Source: Patescibacteria group bacterium (lineage in GTDB: Bacteria; Patescibacteriota; Gracilibacteria; JAYELJ01). Taken from it: a stretch of 22,521 nucleotides of DNA. Under the pieces are notes generated by a model. The model had not been told where the DNA came from. It ran no database searches and saw nothing but the letters and a program-made list of their open reading frames with translations. Below, one piece after another: positions 10,101 to 17,429 of this stretch. Both the position numbers and the translations under genes were made by a program. The stretch is taken from NCBI GenBank assembly GCA_034717395.1, contig JAYELJ010000025.1, positions 1-22,521 of the forward strand. Direction: 5' to 3'. Positions within the stretch are counted from its first letter, which is position 1. The number at the start of each line of letters is the position of its first letter.

Positions 10101-10986
10101 TGCACCAAAGACACAAGCGGAGATGTCACCAATTGATGGGAAAGTAACACTTTCTATTGAAGGAGATCGTCGTGCTATTATAGTTACTGCTCATGATTTA
10201 CATGATATAGATCATCAACTATATGGTCATTATGATACAGCGGTAAAAGAAGGGGATCAGGTTCGTGAAAAACAAATCATTGCTCGTCTCAAAAAAGGAG
10301 AAGGGAAAGGAGTACTTCGTGCTAAAACAACAGGGGTAGTACAGTCTGTATCAGATGAAAGTATTGTCGTGAAACAATCAGAAAAAGATGTATGTAAATA
10401 CCTGGTTCCGATTCGTGAAACACTCAAAGTACAAGACGGAGACTCTGTGGTAGCTGGTCAGGCAATGACACTTGGTCATCTGAACCTTCGTGATCTTATG
10501 GCTGCTACTGATACATATACAGTACAGAAATATATTATTGATGAAGTTCAATCGATCTATGCTTCACAAGGTCAATCGGTTGCTCGTAAGCATATTGAGG
10601 TTATTACTCGTCAAATGCTTTCAAAAGTTTCGATTCTTGATCCAGGAGAAACGAATTTCCTATCAGGAGAAACAACTTCTCTTCTTTCTGCTCTCGAAGC
10701 AAACAAAGAAGCAGATACTGATAAGAAACGACCTTGCGTATATGAACGTCTTCTTCTTGGTCTTACAAAAGTCGCTATTCATACTGATTCGTGGCTTGCT
10801 GCTGCTTCATTCCAGGAAACCATCCGTGTTCTTATTGAAGCTGCCGTAACACATAAAGTAGATAAACTGAGAGGGTTGAAAGAAAATGTAATTATGGGTC
10901 GTCATATTCCAGCTGGTCGTCACTACAAAGCATTGTATGAAGCGAAATCAGTGGAAGATACCGAAATACATGATGAAAACTATTAA
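7108..10986 (+). CDS. rpoC: DNA-directed RNA polymerase subunit beta'
   Basis: Uninterrupted 1292-aa ORF with a zinc-binding CYCGKY...CEKCGVEV, the catalytic NADFDGDQMAVH, and trigger-loop/bridge-helix blocks (QSIGEPGTQLTMRTFH). No in-frame TGA. Confidence 0.99.
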   Translation: MLDNQNTIGLHDFSSIALLVASPEKIADWSHGEIFKPETINYRTQKPEREGLFCEKIFGPTKNWECYCGKYKKIKYKGIVCEKCGVEVTRSVVRRERMGHIKLAVPVAHIWFLRSTPSRIGLLLDLPIKALERVVGFSAYIVKSIDEDGRTNAIKELEQEFSEVESSMQEEARAEMQALEAAVAAKEAKKGEIKKLQNKHLKEMDAFIEEYEAIKLSLESLEVNGIVSEMDYVRLRMRFGHLFDAGIGAEALYEIIKDIDLEVLNGQLQDQLKHETGIKQKKTYKRIKFIQGLIKSNIRPEWMILTILPVIPPDLRPMVALDGGRFAASDLNDLYRRVINRNNRLRRLLELGAPEVICRNEKRILQEAVDALLNNSARAGKAVFIAGDRRKYKSLSDILKGKQGRFRQNLLGKRVDYSGRSVIVVNPTMKMHQCGLPKKMALELFKPFVLGKLVQDGIAHNVKYAERMIEWGRSEVWDALEEVITDHYVLLNRAPTLHRLGIQAFQPQLIEGKAIQIHPLVCAAFNADFDGDQMAVHLPLSAEAQEEAKTLMVSSRNLLKPSDGEPIINPSQDMILGCYFVTQEIDGAKGEGSIFGSFEEAKYAFDTKNIEFQSKIKIRIDGKILETTYGRVLFNRILPETMEFKNYTFGKSQLKNLMAEVFEVSDMETTAQVADAIKDFGFEYASVSGITMSIYDFHLPGKKSEFIDAGTDLTEKINTFFRYGLLTEEERYLHTLKIWNRVKKDIEGEVKVSYAKENPVFTMVDSGARANWGNITQVAGMKGLVANPSGKAIEVPIKSSLKEGFSILEYFIGTHGGRKGKADTALKTASAGYLTRRLVDSVQDVIIREDDCGTDNGYIVDANLEDAISEPFNERIFGRTLVKPACHPETGEVIADAGVFIDKELSETIANSGVEQVELRSVMTCRTVYGICKKCYGADLANRSEIEIGSPAGIIAAQSIGEPGTQLTMRTFHMGGVASEEKDMTAGLERVEELFECRAPKTQAEMSPIDGKVTLSIEGDRRAIIVTAHDLHDIDHQLYGHYDTAVKEGDQVREKQIIARLKKGEGKGVLRAKTTGVVQSVSDESIVVKQSEKDVCKYLVPIRETLKVQDGDSVVAGQAMTLGHLNLRDLMAATDTYTVQKYIIDEVQSIYASQGQSVARKHIEVITRQMLSKVSILDPGETNFLSGETTSLLSALEANKEADTDKKRPCVYERLLLGLTKVAIHTDSWLAAASFQETIRVLIEAAVTHKVDKLRGLKENVIMGRHIPAGRHYKALYEAKSVEDTEIHDENY

Positions 10987-11017
10987 TATTTAAATTTTCT
11001 AACTTCCACACTCTCAT

Positions 11018-11485
11018 ATGACAACAAAACAAACACTTATTACCCAAGCGGGGCTGATCAAATTACAAGATGAACTACAATATCTAAAAGATGTTCGTCG
11101 TAAAGAGATTGCTGATACTATTAAAGAAGCAATCTCTTATGGGGATCTTTCTGAAAATGCTGAATATACTGCAGCAAAAGAAGAGCAAGGTTTTGTAGAA
11201 GGACGTATTAGCGAGCTAGAAGAACAGATTAAATATGCGAAAATTATTGAAGATACGGCTTCAGGAAAAGTAAATATTGGTTCTACTGTTACTATCAAAA
11301 ATGTAACAAAAGACCTTCCAGAAGAATCGTATACTATTGTTGGTTCTGTAGAAGCCGATCCATTTAAAAATATGATTTCTAATGAATCTCCACTTGGAAT
11401 TGCTATTATTGGTAAGAAAAAAGGAGATTCTATTACTATCGATGCTCCCGCTGGAGAAATCGAATATAAAGTTGTAAAAATTTAA
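11018..11485 (+). CDS. greA: Transcription elongation factor GreA
   Basis: 155 aa. The coiled-coil tip has the acidic motif YGDLSENAEYTAAKEEQ. C-terminal globular domain contains ESPLGIAIIGKKKGD. Confidence 0.95.
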   Translation: MTTKQTLITQAGLIKLQDELQYLKDVRRKEIADTIKEAISYGDLSENAEYTAAKEEQGFVEGRISELEEQIKYAKIIEDTASGKVNIGSTVTIKNVTKDLPEESYTIVGSVEADPFKNMISNESPLGIAIIGKKKGDSITIDAPAGEIEYKVVKI

Positions 11486-11512
11486 TATTTCTTATTTTTA
11501 AACAGAATTATC

Positions 11513-11965
11513 ATGGATCTAAATCGCGCACAAATAATAGGAAACATCACTCGTGATGTAGAGCTTCGTCAGACACCAAATGGTCAATCTGTTGTGACTC
11601 TCGGGATTGCAACAAACTATCGTTACAATGATAGTGCTGGGCAACGACAAGAGATGACAGAATGGCACAATGTCGTTCTTTGGAGACGTCTGGCTGAGAT
11701 TGCAGGACAATATCTGAAAAAAGGGGATAAGGTATTTATTGAAGGTCGTCTTCAAACACGTAGTTGGGAAGATCAACAAGGTCAAAAACGTTATACAACG
11801 GAGATCATTGGTGATAATATGATTATGCTTGGAAAAACAGAAGGGGGAGCTGCTCCGTCAGCACCAATGCCTTCTTCTACTCCAGCTCAACCAACTTCAT
11901 CTCCAAAACCAGCTGCAACAGCAGCGGCAGATGATGTTATCGATGTAAATGATTTACCATTTTAG
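11513..11965 (+). CDS. ssb: Single-stranded DNA-binding protein
   Basis: OB-fold N-terminus (NRAQIIGNITRDVELRQTPNG...TEWHNVVLWRRLAE), a Pro/Ala/Ser-rich linker and the acidic tip DDVIDVNDLPF. Confidence 0.95.
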   Translation: MDLNRAQIIGNITRDVELRQTPNGQSVVTLGIATNYRYNDSAGQRQEMTEWHNVVLWRRLAEIAGQYLKKGDKVFIEGRLQTRSWEDQQGQKRYTTEIIGDNMIMLGKTEGGAAPSAPMPSSTPAQPTSSPKPAATAAADDVIDVNDLPF

Positions 11966-11968
11966 TGT

Positions 11969-12343
11969 ATGGCAAAAAGAACAGTAAAGAGAGGAGCTAT
12001 TCGCTCCAAACAACTGCAAGCAAAAGGTCATTCGAAATCTGATAGAAAATGGAAATTCCATAAATATCGTCGTTTGACCTTTGAACAGGCTCGTGAAGAA
12101 GGAGTTATCGAAGCGAGAAAATTTGTGAAAAAAGACGGATGAGGAAGAGAGCTGGATAGCAATACAGCTGAACTTGCTCAGAGTGATTATTTCTTTCGTA
12201 AAAGAAGAAAATTGAACTGGGTTACGCGTCAGAAATTTGGAACAAATGGACTAGATTATTACGGAAATCCTCATTCAAAGGCTTGAAAGTGGATCACAAA
12301 AAAGAAACATGGGGCATAGAGCTCTTGTTTCTTTTTTATTATA
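11969..12343 (+). CDS. Candidate hidden CDS: highly basic 124-aa hypothetical protein, readable only with TGA=Gly (TGA at 12140-12142 and 12284-12286)
   Basis: The ATG at 11969 lies 3 nt after the ssb stop. MAKRTVKRGAIRSKQLQAKGHSKSDRKWKFHKYRRLTFEQAREEGVIEARKFVKKDG-G-GRELDSNTAELAQSDYFFRKRRKLNWVTRQKFGTNGLDYYGNPHSKA-G-KWITKRNMGHRALVSFLL, ending at TAA 12341-12343. It is the only long open frame in this 450-nt gap on either strand. No family recognised. The last ~15 codons run through the terminator hairpin. Confidence 0.35.
12298..12340 (+). terminator. Rho-independent terminator closing the rpoB-rpoC-greA-ssb(-ORF) transcription unit
   Basis: AAAAAGAAACA (12298-12308) pairs perfectly with TGTTTCTTTTT (12325-12335). 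16-nt loop with a T-rich 3' side. Confidence 0.55.
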
Positions 12344-12351
12344 AAATACTA

Positions 12352-12380
12352 TTTGCAAACAAAGTCAATATTTGTTATAA
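12352..12380 (+). promoter_or_regulatory. Near-consensus sigma70 promoter TTGCAA-17 nt-TATAAT
   Basis: TTGCAA at 12352-12357 and TATAAT at 12375-12380 with an exact 17-nt spacer, 40 nt upstream of the ATG at 12421. Confidence 0.6.
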
Positions 12381-12420
12381 TACTTTATTAAATAAAATAT
12401 TTATTAAAACAAAAACAAAT

Positions 12421-12591
12421 ATGCAAACAGTATTTCAATCTATGGAAGTGGCAGCGGCACCTATGGTATCTGAGTGGAGTCTTATGATGGTATTTACTAC
12501 TATTATTGGATCTGCACTTATGATTTCTTTCTATGCTCCACATATTCTTTCTCTTATGAAAGAAAACACAAAGCTTCAATTTGAAGTATAG
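12421..12591 (+). CDS. Small (56 aa) single-pass membrane protein, hypothetical
   Basis: MQTVFQSMEVAAAPMVSEWSLMMVFTTIIGSALMISFYAPHILSLMKENTKLQFEV. One hydrophobic helix, lying between a near-consensus promoter and a strong terminator. The track's 12283 TTG start would run through the upstream terminator and promoter, so it is rejected. Confidence 0.5.
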   Translation: MQTVFQSMEVAAAPMVSEWSLMMVFTTIIGSALMISFYAPHILSLMKENTKLQFEV

Positions 12592-12610
12592 GATTCCAAT
12601 ATAGAAAAGA

Positions 12611-12640
12611 AAAAGCTCTCATTTATGAGAGCTTTTTTGC
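12611..12640. terminator. Bidirectional rho-independent terminator between convergent genes
   Basis: Perfect 11-bp stem AAAAGCTCTCA (12611-12621) / TGAGAGCTTTT (12626-12636) with loop TTTA, an A-run on the 5' side and a T-run on the 3' side. It overlaps the last codons of the minus-strand gene. Confidence 0.8.
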
Positions 12641-12985
12641 ATGTTTACGAGAGAGGAGTAGAATCACTGCAATAGTTACAATACCAGGAAGTATCGAAAG
12701 AGAGAAATGAAGAAAGTCATCCATTTTGGCTCCAAGGATTACTCCGAGTGCGGCAAGACTTTGTGCGATCAGAAAGATAGAAGTACTGATAACCCAACCA
12801 ATCATAGTAATACTACGACTCAGACCATATTTAAAGTTGATCATATAGAGAAAGAACCAATTGAGTATCACTGCGATTACTAGCATATCGTAGTAGAAAA
12901 GACCATGATAGAAGAGTGCAAGCGTAAAATAGATACTAGCAATCGCTCCAGCAAACCAAGCAATAGTTGTGTGAGATGATTTCAT
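12623..12985 (-). CDS. Integral membrane protein (about 4 TM helices), hypothetical
   Basis: 120-aa ORF that is almost entirely hydrophobic helices (AWFAGAIASIYFTLALF, MLVIAVILNWFFLYMI, IGWVISTSIFLIAQSLAALGVILG, ILPGIVTIAVILLL). No upstream in-frame ATG before a TAA. Confidence 0.65.
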   Translation of the reverse strand: MKSSHTTIAWFAGAIASIYFTLALFYHGLFYYDMLVIAVILNWFFLYMINFKYGLSRSITMIGWVISTSIFLIAQSLAALGVILGAKMDDFLHFSLSILPGIVTIAVILLLSRKHAKKLS

Positions 12986-13029
12986 AGAGAGTGTGTGAAA
13001 ATCTAAAGTAAGAAGGTATTACCTTTATA

Positions 13030-13869
13030 TTACGAAATATTTTTCTTATAAGCAAGAGCTATTTGCTCAACTTCTTCTATAGAAAGAGTATGAGGTCTTC
13101 TCTGAGGATCAATAGATAGTGATCAAAGCAATTCTTTTGCCTTCTGTGTATCGAGCCCAAGACCTTGGGTTATGTTATTATGAATCTGTTTTCTTGGTGC
13201 TATGAAAAGTTTATCGAGAATATCTGAGTATTCTTCGATTGATATATTTTGAATCTTTGGCTGAGGAAATATATCTATATGAAATACAGCAGAAGTTACT
13301 TTTGGAGCAGGGTGGAATGCCTCTGGTGGTACCATACGGATGATAGATACATCTCCAAATGCTTTACAAAATAGAGATAGAGCGGATTCATTTTTACTTG
13401 TTACAATTTTATCAACTACTTCTTTTTGCATGAGCATAGTAAGACTTTTTGGTTTGTTTTCTACTTCACCAATATAGTATCGAAGAATTTTCCCGGTAAT
13501 ATAGTAGGGGATATTGGCGACTACTTTATAATCTTTCCATTCGGGTGTGTACAGGAGAGCATCTTGTTGATGCACGGTGAGGTTTTCAAATGATCCACAG
13601 CTATCTGTGTCAGTAAGCACAGGGATAGTCTCTCTGTCGAGCTCAAGTGCGGTTACAGAGTCAGCTTTGCTACAGAGTTTCTGAGTGAGTGCCCCCGGAC
13701 CAGGACCGATCTCAAGAACGGTGTCATCACTGGTTATATTGGCCCCTTCTACGATATCCAGAAGAATATTCTCATCTACAAGGTAATTCTGACCAAAGTC
13801 TTTTTTTGCCCAGAGATTATGTTTTTTGAGAAGCTGAACGAGATGTTGTCTGTGAGCAATATTGAGCAT
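13030..13869 (-). CDS. rsmA: 16S rRNA (adenine1518-N6/adenine1519-N6)-dimethyltransferase RsmA/KsgA, 279 aa, with one in-frame TGA (Gly) at 13123-13125
   Basis: FGQNYLVDENIL and the SAM motif VLEIGPGPGALT. The standard-code ORF stops at 13123, but reading through gives ...AKELL-G-SLSIDPQRRPHTLSIEEVEQIALAYKKNIS. This is the expected KsgA C-terminal helix region (..id...R.e.Ls.ee...la). True stop is TAA at 13030-13032. Confidence 0.93.
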
Positions 13870-13963
13870 ATATTTAAATAAAGCAGTAATTTTCCGTCAT
13901 GCTGAGCGGAATGAAATGGAGTCGAACTCGTAAGAGTACATGAAGTGTAGTATCTGGAAAATT

Positions 13964-14905
13964 CTATCATAAGTATATCTTATCACCCATATTCCTGCAA
14001 TAACAGAGTTTTAAAATAAAAAAAAAGACAGAGGGAATAGAAACCCAATGTCATAATATCATTCATCAGTTTTGTTTTTCATGTTCAAAACTAATTATTT
14101 GATTTCTACCATTATTTTTTGCCTGATAGAGAGCATCATCAGCAGTTTTTAGAAAATTATCTAAATTGATATTGTCTGTTGTATCTGTATAAGAATGCCC
14201 AATACTTACAGTAATATCAATATCAGTAGAGTCATAAGTGACTATAATATCTTCAATAGCTGATCTAATTTTTTCTGCGATAATAGCACCACATTCTTTA
14301 TCGCACCCAGGAAGGAATATTGCGAATTCTTCTCCTCCCCATCTAGCAACAAGGTCAGTAGATCTTACAAGTTTTTCCATAGTACTGGAAAATTCTCTCA
14401 GCACTTTATCTCCAGCTTCATGACCATAAGTATCATTGATGCTTTTAAAATGATCTATGTCTAGCATAAGCATACTAACCATAGCTTTTTTGTTTGTCAG
14501 ATAATCTTTTGTCAGAGCGGAAAACGTAGATCTTGTAAGAAGGTCAGTCAGGTTGTCATGACTATCACTGTATTTTACTGCAATGATTTCTTTGATCCTT
14601 TCTAAATTTTCTTTTTCAAAACTATTTAAAGGATCTTTTCTTCTTCCTTTTAGGACATACCCAAATCCAAGCGGATAGTGTATACCTCTCGAGCAAGAAT
14701 CGCATTTTTTTCCTTTACAGTTTTCTGTTGTTAAGATGTTGATATTATCATTACATCTTGACTGTATACAGGTTCTTTTGAAATTCAAAAGTTCTGATAC
14801 CTTTGCACAGGTTCTAAAAACCTGTGCTATTGAATGAGCCTCTAATATCTCGTCTATAATAGACATATATAGCGGCCAGTTAAATGTTGTGTTGTTTGTT
14901 TCCAT
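13964..14905 (-). CDS. GGDEF-domain diguanylate cyclase with a Cys-rich N-terminal sensor-like domain. The domain ends at tandem TGA-TGA (14063-14068); the table-25 stop is TAG at 13964-13966.
   Basis: Active site RWGGEEFAIFLPG with an intact RxxD I-site (RSTD five residues upstream), plus DIDHFKSINDTYGHEAGD and ALYQAKNNGRNQ. The N-terminal ~115 aa carry six Cys (C..C(x4)C(x11)C(x4)C(x2)C). Under table 25 a 34-aa tail with four TGA codons is appended. Confidence 0.9.
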
Positions 14906-14956
14906 GGAAATCCTTTCAATTTGTTTGTTTCTTATTTCTTATTCTTCTGTCTTGCG

Positions 14957-14985
14957 ATTCTAATCTATGATAAAAGGAAAGTCAA
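14957..14985 (-). promoter_or_regulatory. Promoter for the GGDEF gene: TTGACT-17 nt-TAGAAT (minus strand)
   Basis: On the plus strand, AGTCAA at 14980-14985 and ATTCTA at 14957-14962 with a 17-nt spacer. An AAAGGA SD-like element precedes the ATG at 14905. Confidence 0.5.
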
Positions 14986-15007
14986 AACTTTTTCTTGCAA
15001 AAAGTAT

Positions 15008-16228
15008 TTATTGTTTTTTAGAAAACCAAAAAAGTGAGAACAAAAGGAAAATGTATGTCATTATAAATGCATAAAATAAATCATTTACAAACCAACTATG
15101 AACAAATAAGAGTGGGATAATAGCACTAAGACTCAGCGCTAGTGTTTTTTGCAGAGGGCTTGCAGGGGTATATGGCTTTTGTATACGAAAGCTTTCTATC
15201 CAGGTACGGAAGTATATCCAGAAAAATATAATCAGACCGAGAGGACCGGTTGTTACGGCAATAGTAAGAAGGGAACTCTCTGATCCAGATCCAGAGTTTT
15301 TTCCTGCAGCTGCTGTCCCAAGCTGATCTTGTACATGTTTGAGTGTGTTATATCCTACACCGAGAAAAGGGGAGTGTTTGAGTGGCTGAGTACTTTCTAT
15401 CCAGCTTTGTACACGGAGCTGTGATGTGGCATCAAAAGCAAATGCTCCAGCTATACGTTCTTGCATTTTTTCTGAATTATATATACCAAAACTTCCTACG
15501 AGTATCCCAATAACGATGATCCATGGGGCGCGGATAAGAGCAATCATCATAAGTCCAATGACTAATGCCAGGTAGCTAGACCTGGAAAATGTAAGTCCAA
15601 TGGCTCCGAGTATTATCAGTATCCAAAAGAGTTTGGTAAGTATTTGCTTTTTATCGTAGTTGTTTGTCAGTAACTGAGACAATATAAGTATTACTATTAT
15701 TCCTAGAAACCCACCAACAAAATTTGGGTCATAGAATGTAGAGAGAAGCCGATCTATATGTGGGTCCCAGCCATATTTGATCGCCATTTGAGTAAAATCA
15801 GGATAGAATATGTATTGCAGATATCCAAGTATTGCAACGGCTATCCCTCCATATATACTCGTATCAAAGAGTTTTTCTTTTTCTTGTTCACTCGGGAAGT
15901 AGAGGGGAATAAAAAAGAAAAGAGCAGAATATTCGATAAATCTCAGGAAGTATAAAAAAGAAGTAAAAACCTCCATAGTTCCCAGACTTAGCATTTGTAC
16001 TCCGTACAGTAACGAAATCCCCATAATTATCCAGAGAAAGATAATAGGGAAAGATATAGCCGAAACAGGGATTTTTCGTTTGTTTTGGATAATATCCATA
16101 GTCCCAAAAGCAAGGATGAATGGGAGGATGATATCCGCTATGAGGATGGATGTTGTTCCTGTGAGAGGTATACGAATCAAATTCCCTACTACTACTAGTA
16201 GTAGGATAATATATATAAGTTTTTTCAT
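15008..16228 (-). CDS. O-antigen ligase / O-antigen polymerase-like (Wzy_C family) polytopic membrane protein
   Basis: About 10-12 TM helices with the family core LTFSRSSYLALVIGLMMIAL. The preferred start is MKKLIYIILL at 16228. The track's 16300 start would overlap the end of bcp. Confidence 0.78.
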   Translation of the reverse strand: MKKLIYIILLLVVVGNLIRIPLTGTTSILIADIILPFILAFGTMDIIQNKRKIPVSAISFPIIFLWIIMGISLLYGVQMLSLGTMEVFTSFLYFLRFIEYSALFFFIPLYFPSEQEKEKLFDTSIYGGIAVAILGYLQYIFYPDFTQMAIKYGWDPHIDRLLSTFYDPNFVGGFLGIIVILILSQLLTNNYDKKQILTKLFWILIILGAIGLTFSRSSYLALVIGLMMIALIRAPWIIVIGILVGSFGIYNSEKMQERIAGAFAFDATSQLRVQSWIESTQPLKHSPFLGVGYNTLKHVQDQLGTAAAGKNSGSGSESSLLTIAVTTGPLGLIIFFWIYFRTWIESFRIQKPYTPASPLQKTLALSLSAIIPLLFVHSWFVNDLFYAFIMTYIFLLFSLFWFSKKQ

Positions 16229-16259
16229 AAGTATTATGTGAGTGTGTGGTATGTTTCTA

Positions 16260-16721
16260 TTATAGATTTGTTGTACACCAATCAAGTATTCTCTGGGCAT
16301 GTCCTTTTGCTCGAATATTTCTCCATTCTTGTACTATATTCCCCGTATTATCTATAAGAAAAGTAGATCGTATTACACCCATAACTATTTTTCCATAATT
16401 TTTCTTTTCCCCATAGACCCCGAGTTCAGTCATAAGAGCAAGATCTGTATCAGAAAGAAGCTCTAGGTCCAATTCTTGTTTTTCGATAAAGTTGTGATGT
16501 GATTTGATACTATCTTTACTGACACCGATTATTTGTATCCCTAGCTTTTCAAACTTATTTTTGAGGCAAGTAAAGTCTTTTGCTTCGACTGTACACCCAG
16601 GGGTATTGTCTTTTGGATAGAAGTATAGTAGAGTATGTCAGCTTTTATTTTGAGCTACTAAATCTGCTAGGCTCTTTGATGATCCTGTAGATGATTCGAG
16701 GGAGATATTGAGAAATGACAT
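16260..16721 (-). CDS. bcp: Thioredoxin-dependent thiol peroxidase (Bcp-type peroxiredoxin), 153 aa, with one in-frame TGA (Gly) at 16638-16640
   Basis: The track shows only the C-terminal 70 aa. Reading upstream in frame gives [91 protein letters not shown]... The peroxidatic motif is [12 protein letters not shown]. The TGA falls on the Gly of the family's (K)G(K/H)xxVLYFYP. Confidence 0.9.
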
Positions 16722-16836
16722 GATTATTAATAAGAAAGATTATAAGAAATATTTGAAATGATTATAGAAAGAAATAGGTAAAGATGAAAGAGGAAAACTC
16801 TCAAGTTATTTTATTATAATAAATTTACATAAATCT

Positions 16837-17370
16837 ATGTTGGTTCTTGTTCTTGGTGATACACATATTTACGATCGTACCTATATTTTCCCAAAGTTTT
16901 TATATAAATGGATAGAAAAAGCTGATCAGGTATGGCATACGGGAGATGTTACCAGTGAAGAGTTCTATGATGAACTGAAAACTGTATGTGGAGATAAGCT
17001 TAAATTGGTAGTAGGAAATGGGGATTCTGGGAGTATTGTCCGTGAGAATCCTATCGAATATATTTGGGAGATGTATGGGTATCGTATTTGGCTTCATCAT
17101 GGGCACGAGTACGATCTTCCTCGTTATGATCTTCGTGCTATGGTATCAAAGGCAAAAGAAAAAGAAGCTGATGTGTGTATTTTTGGACACTGGCATCAGC
17201 CTTTGAGTCGTAAGCTTTCTGGTGTGTGGCTCGTAAACCCTGGTTCTACCTGTGATAGTAAACAGTTTGGGGTAGGGGGATTTGCACTCCTTCATTTTGA
17301 TGAAGAATATGGTATGCGTGTTTCTATCCAGACCTATGATACAAGTAAACTAGTCCCTGGGAAGAAGTAA
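16837..17370 (+). CDS. YfcE/MJ0936-family metallophosphoesterase
   Basis: Calcineurin-like motifs in order: LVLGDTH, GDV, GNGD, HHGHEYD, FGHWHQP. Confidence 0.85.
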   Translation: MLVLVLGDTHIYDRTYIFPKFLYKWIEKADQVWHTGDVTSEEFYDELKTVCGDKLKLVVGNGDSGSIVRENPIEYIWEMYGYRIWLHHGHEYDLPRYDLRAMVSKAKEKEADVCIFGHWHQPLSRKLSGVWLVNPGSTCDSKQFGVGGFALLHFDEEYGMRVSIQTYDTSKLVPGKK

Positions 17371-17388
17371 TTTAAATAAGTCAGAAAA

Positions 17389-17422
17389 CCCCCAAGCGAT
17401 AATTCGCTTGGGGGTATTTTTT
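17389..17422. terminator. Bidirectional rho-independent terminator between convergent genes
   Basis: Perfect 10-bp GC-rich stem CCCCCAAGCG (17389-17398) / CGCTTGGGGG (17405-17414), 6-nt loop, A-run on the 5' side, TATTTTTT on the 3' side. Confidence 0.9.
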
Positions 17423-17429
17423 AGCTTGA

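Noticed and set aside
12283-12420. TTG-initiated N-terminal extension of the small membrane ORF (track ORF 12283-12591)
   Set aside because: It would be translated through the ssb-operon terminator hairpin and the TTGCAA/TATAAT promoter. The ATG at 12421, downstream of that promoter, is the sensible start.
13892-13929. tRNA-like GAGTTCGACTCC (minus strand, 13918-13929) next to a TTCCG(n10)CGGAA hairpin (13892-13911), inside the widespread ...CATGCTGAGCGGAATGAA... type of intergenic motif
   Set aside because: The flanks of the TTCGACT loop do not form a T-stem, and no acceptor or anticodon arms can be drawn. There is only a single copy in the window, so no repeat family can be shown. It may be a weak terminator or a relic.
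13776-13970. 64-aa minus-strand ORF across the rsmA start and upstream spacer
   Set aside because: It overlaps the rsmA N-terminus in another frame and has no motif or translation signals. The region is better explained as the rsmA 5' end plus an intergenic spacer.
16229-16300. Upstream extension (MPREYLIGVQQIYNRNIPHTHIIL) of the O-antigen-ligase-like gene
   Set aside because: It overlaps the 3' end of bcp by 41 nt and is not hydrophobic like the rest of the protein. MKKLIYIILL at 16228 is a typical membrane-protein start.
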